A DNA stretch of 64,000 nt from Leucoraja erinacea (taxonomy: Eukaryota): assembly GCF_028641065.1 (NCBI RefSeq), contig NC_073387.1:17112001-17176000 (forward strand). Direction: 5' to 3'. Both the position numbers and the translations under genes were made by a program. The notes under the pieces are model-generated. The model saw only the letters and a list, made by a program, of their open reading frames with translations, had not been told where the DNA came from and ran no database searches. Below are positions 60,781 through 64,000 of the stretch, in pieces; within the stretch, counting starts at the first letter, position 1; each line of letters opens with the position of its first letter.

Positions 60781-61777
60781 CCCCTGTTGTTACGCCTGCC
60801 CACCCGCACGTGACTCTGGGAGGGTTCGTGTTTTCACGTGGTTTCTCAACTTTGCCCGTCAATCATTGTGAGACCACCGTTGTGGTCGGTTGCGTTTCAA
60901 TGACAGAGTGTTTGATCGGCGAATCTGATTCTGAATCAATTTGATTCGAACCTACCGACTATTGTCTTTGATCCACCAAAAAACTATGTACAGACAGCAC
61001 CCATAGTGTGGATCGAACCAGAGTCTCTGGTGCTGTAATAGGCCTTTTTCACGGGGCGACTTGACGTAAGATGTAGCCAGAGTGGTCGTGGTCTAGCACG
61101 ATATCACACGATATAATGGGGGGGTAGACAAAGAGTTCCCACGGTACTCGGCATTTCTGTTATTTGTGCGAGTGACTTGTCCGTCTCCCGAGCTTTCCCG
61201 TTAAATCTTGAATGACATTGTATACTGTCAAGTGTAATTAAATCAACACGTGGCACAAATGATGTCACTTTTTTTTTCACACACTATAAATATCCTCCCT
61301 TGGTTGAATTGGTATATACACACACAAAGCAGAGTTTTACTGTGTATGTGGGAGACACAGATGGAGTGAGCACAGTTACTCGGTCTTTACTGTGTGTGGG
61401 AGAGGGGGAGAAATAGACGTACACTCACAGAGGCAGAGTCTCTCAGCCTGTGTGAGAGGGAGGGAGGGAGAGAGAGAGAGGCACATACAAGGTGGATGTG
61501 AAATCTCACCTGCCTGTTTCAGTGACAGACACCCGCCGCCAGTAAATGAAGACACCCCCATCTGTCTCCCCCTCCTCTCCCTCGGCTCCCCCACCTTTCC
61601 CTCCCAACTCCAGTCCCGTCCCGACCCCCTGGGAAACTGAAGGGAGCAACAATTAACTGCTGCCTTCCTGCTGAGTTAAAGAGTTCCCACGGTAGTAAGA
61701 CGACGTTAGTTGCGCCCAAGTTTAAATTTCCAACGTGTGTTTCAGAGTAAATCAAAAACTGTCTGAATCAGCAAGTT

Positions 61778-62040
61778 AGACACAAAATGCTGGAGTAACT
61801 CAGCGGGCCAAGCAGCATCTCTGGAGAAAAGGAATAGATTCCATTTTTGGTCGGGACCCTTCTTCGGGATGATGGTAGGGGGGAACTGGAAGCAAGAAAA
61901 GACCGGGACAAATCAGGGCCAACAACAGATGACCTCAGCAGGGTATTTTGAAGAGGGGTCCCGACCCGAAATGTCGCCTAACCCTTTCCTCCAGAGATGC
62001 TGCCTGACCCACTGAGTCACTCCAGCACTTTATGTCTATA
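61778..62040. mobile_element. Penelope-like terminal-repeat fold-back pair
   Basis: AGACACAAAATGCTGGAGTAACTCAG..CAGCATCTCTGGAG is mirrored by CTCCAGAGATGCTG..CTGAGTCACTCCAGCAC..TGTCT; core TTGAAGAGGGGTCCCGACCCGAAATGTC. Confidence 0.75.
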
Positions 62041-62294
62041 TTTGGTTCCCTGATATGCCAATTGTTGGCTAGGGATAGTGTGATCCCAAGCGGAACCAGC
62101 GTTGCAAACCTTGGACTGGGTAACCGACAATTACTGCATGGGGGAGGGGGGGGGGGGGGGGGGGGGGCAGGAGGGGGTGGGGGGAGAGAGAGAGAGAGTG
62201 TAAGTTACCTAAAATTAAATAATTCAATGTTCATAGTGAACACGGACACAAAATGGTGGTGTAACTCAGCAGGTAAGTCAGATCTGGGAAGAAA

Positions 62295-62526
62295 AACATA
62301 AAAAGCTGGAGTAAGTCAGCGTGTCAGGCAGCATCTCTGGAGAAAAAGTATAGGTGGAGATTCGAATCGGAACCCTTCTTCAGACATCCTAATCGGAATT
62401 GAGTCTGAAGATGTGTCTCGTCCCGAAACATCACCTATTTTTCTCCAGAGATGCTGCTTGACTCGCCGAGTTACTCCAGCTTTTTGTGTCTGTCTTCGTT
62501 TTAAACCAGCATGTGCAGTTCACTCC
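62295..62526. mobile_element. Penelope-like terminal-repeat fold-back pair
   Basis: AAAAGCTGGAGTAAGTC..GCAGCATCTCTGGAGAAAAA is mirrored by TTTTTCTCCAGAGATGCTGC..GAGTTACTCCAGCTTTT; cores CTTCTTCAGAC and GTCTGAAGA..GAAACATC are back to back. Confidence 0.75.
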
Positions 62527-63914
62527 TTTACACGGGTATCTGGAGAACATTGATTCCGGACCCTGCTTCGGAAAGGCATCGATCGCTGGTCGGCGATGAC
62601 TCCGAGCTGTATCTCTCAAAGAAGTACATGTGAAAAATTTCTCACGGACCATAAAAATGCGGGACCTTTCAGTAAAGTCCCCTTTAAAGATTATAGTTAT
62701 TTTCTTGAATCACATTAACATAACTCATGAATAAGTTGATGTCCATATGCAGATTCAAATCTTTATTTTTTAAATTCAATCCCACAGAAGACAATTTTTA
62801 CTCACCTTCTGTCCCCTCTGTCCAACTTCCGGGTTCACCATTCGCAGGAGTTCCCACGGTACACGCAAGAGTCAGTACGGATATCACACTGGCCACTACG
62901 TGCATATAATGTTGCAATATTCAACCACAAGTGTACAAGTCACTCTTGGAGAAATTCAAGCTTGTTTGAATTTTCTCCCGAGTCACCAAGTTACACGAGT
63001 ACCTGCCGTTAGCGCCACGGTGGTCCACGAATGCCGTGCGGTTATCGCAAGAGGTTCCCACGATGTTCAACTTTGATTAACTCTTGCGTCAAGTCGCCCC
63101 GTGAAAAAGGGGTTTAAGGCAGCAACTCTACCACTGTGCCACTAAGCTGCTCTTGTATTACACACCTTGACTTGAAGCCCAGTCATAACTGCTCTGCCAC
63201 CTTCAGGGATCTTTATACTTGTAGACCAAATCGGAACATGGTCTCTCTTGACCTCACTGTCAAATGAAGGGATTATGGTGAATCCTTCTTCAAGTGGGTG
63301 GTATTCAGAAATTCAATACTGTTCCACCCCTGTTACGAGATGATATGGAACCTGCTACTGAATCCAACACCATTGATCCACACCCAGTACAATCATTACA
63401 TCAGCTCCCTTCTTAATATTCCTTGCTGCAATGCTGCATGTCACTTCCAATAAACTTCCCACTAGAGTTGATCAGTGTGAGGGATGGAAAGCTGACTTTT
63501 CCACTCCGTAACCATAGTAACTCCAAACTCTGACATCGAGATACAAAATGCAGATGATTCTTGGATATGTGTTTGTTCACTGGTTGAGCAATATGTTATT
63601 GTTGACTTCTTCAGTGATGTGTAAGTATGGATGGGCCTTTCATAAAACAGCATGAACATGAAGGTCCTGTACCAACTGTGCTCTCACCTCAAAACACCAC
63701 CCTTTAATAGTCAAGAGCCAAAAAACAATGTTGAAAAAAAATGGTTCAGTGTTTAAATTTCACAATAAAGACAAACTATGATAGAAGAATTCATCATGGT
63801 CTCCAGTGAGCCAGCACGGCATTCAACTCACTAAAGAAAAAAGTGTAAGGTTGCAAAGCCGTCGCCACGCTCATGGTTTCCCAATCAACAGGAATTTCAG
63901 TGCTCCGGAATTTA

Positions 63915-64000
63915 TCGGGAAGCATCACAGCATGGTTTGGGAACAGTCCCATCCAGGACCGTAATAAATTACAGAAAATTGTGTACACAGCGCAGACCAT
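63915..64000 (+). mobile_element. Rex1/Babar LINE fragment (runs off the window)
   Basis: ITAWFGNSPIQDRNKLQKIVYTAQT, homologous to about 9520-9590. Confidence 0.7.

Larger units (their letters stand above)
56934..60980 (+). mobile_element. Gypsy LTR retrotransposon, CsRn1-like clade, decayed
   Basis: 5' LTR 56934-57163 and partial 3' LTR 60807-60980; 4-bp TSD AAAC (56930-56933 and 60981-60984); tRNA-Trp PBS; LPPFW gag with CHCC motif; PR-RT-RH-IN order. Confidence 0.93.
61039..63114. mobile_element. PIF/Harbinger-type non-autonomous element C
   Basis: TIRs CCTTTTTCACGGGGCGACTTGACG / CGTCAAGTCGCCCCGTGAAAAAGG; perfect TAA TSD (61036-61038 and 63115-63117); internal motif GAGTTCCCACGGTA repeated at about 61133, 61681 and 62848. 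Confidence 0.85.
56879..63143 (-). mobile_element. HE1-type SINE split into three pieces (56879-56933, 60985-61038, 63115-63143)
   Basis: Joining the pieces across the two TSDs rebuilds ..GGGAGAATGTATAAAC|TATGTACAGACAGCACCC..GCTGTAA|GGCAGCAACTCTACCACTGTGCCAC. Confidence 0.85.

Noticed and set aside
63150-63910. Unique-looking sequence with short ORFs near the window end
   Set aside because: Frames I translated contain stops and no recognisable motif; cannot be called a gene.

Overview
Eukaryotic, vertebrate DNA, almost certainly from a cartilaginous fish and probably a skate or ray. This is inferred from many HE1-type V-SINEs with (AAACT)n tails and their CR1/HER1 partner LINEs. I found no convincing host protein-coding exon, tRNA/rRNA gene or CRISPR array. 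The window is repeat-dense intronic or intergenic sequence. It holds: two LTR-bounded, decayed Gypsy elements (14599-19420 on -; CsRn1-like 56934-60980 on + with an intact -1 frameshift signal); a solo LTR; two DIRS tyrosine-recombinase retroelements, one with its full ITR/ICR end structure; a 5'-truncated L2 LINE with an unbroken 361-codon ORF; many CR1, Rex1 and Penelope fragments; about 15 short Penelope-terminal repeats, often as fold-back pairs, whose consensus is a minimal hammerhead-ribozyme core; three Harbinger-type MITEs; two Tc1/mariner-type MITEs; two Helitron-like non-autonomous elements; ancient SINE relics; microsatellites; and a 212-nt N gap. I did not find an unambiguous new biological system. 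The best leads are the ribozyme-bearing fold-back elements, the splice-donor-carrying MITEs and a TSD-flanked RTE-UTR-like retroposon. All family names come from motif recognition by eye, not database searches, and boundaries of degraded repeats are approximate.
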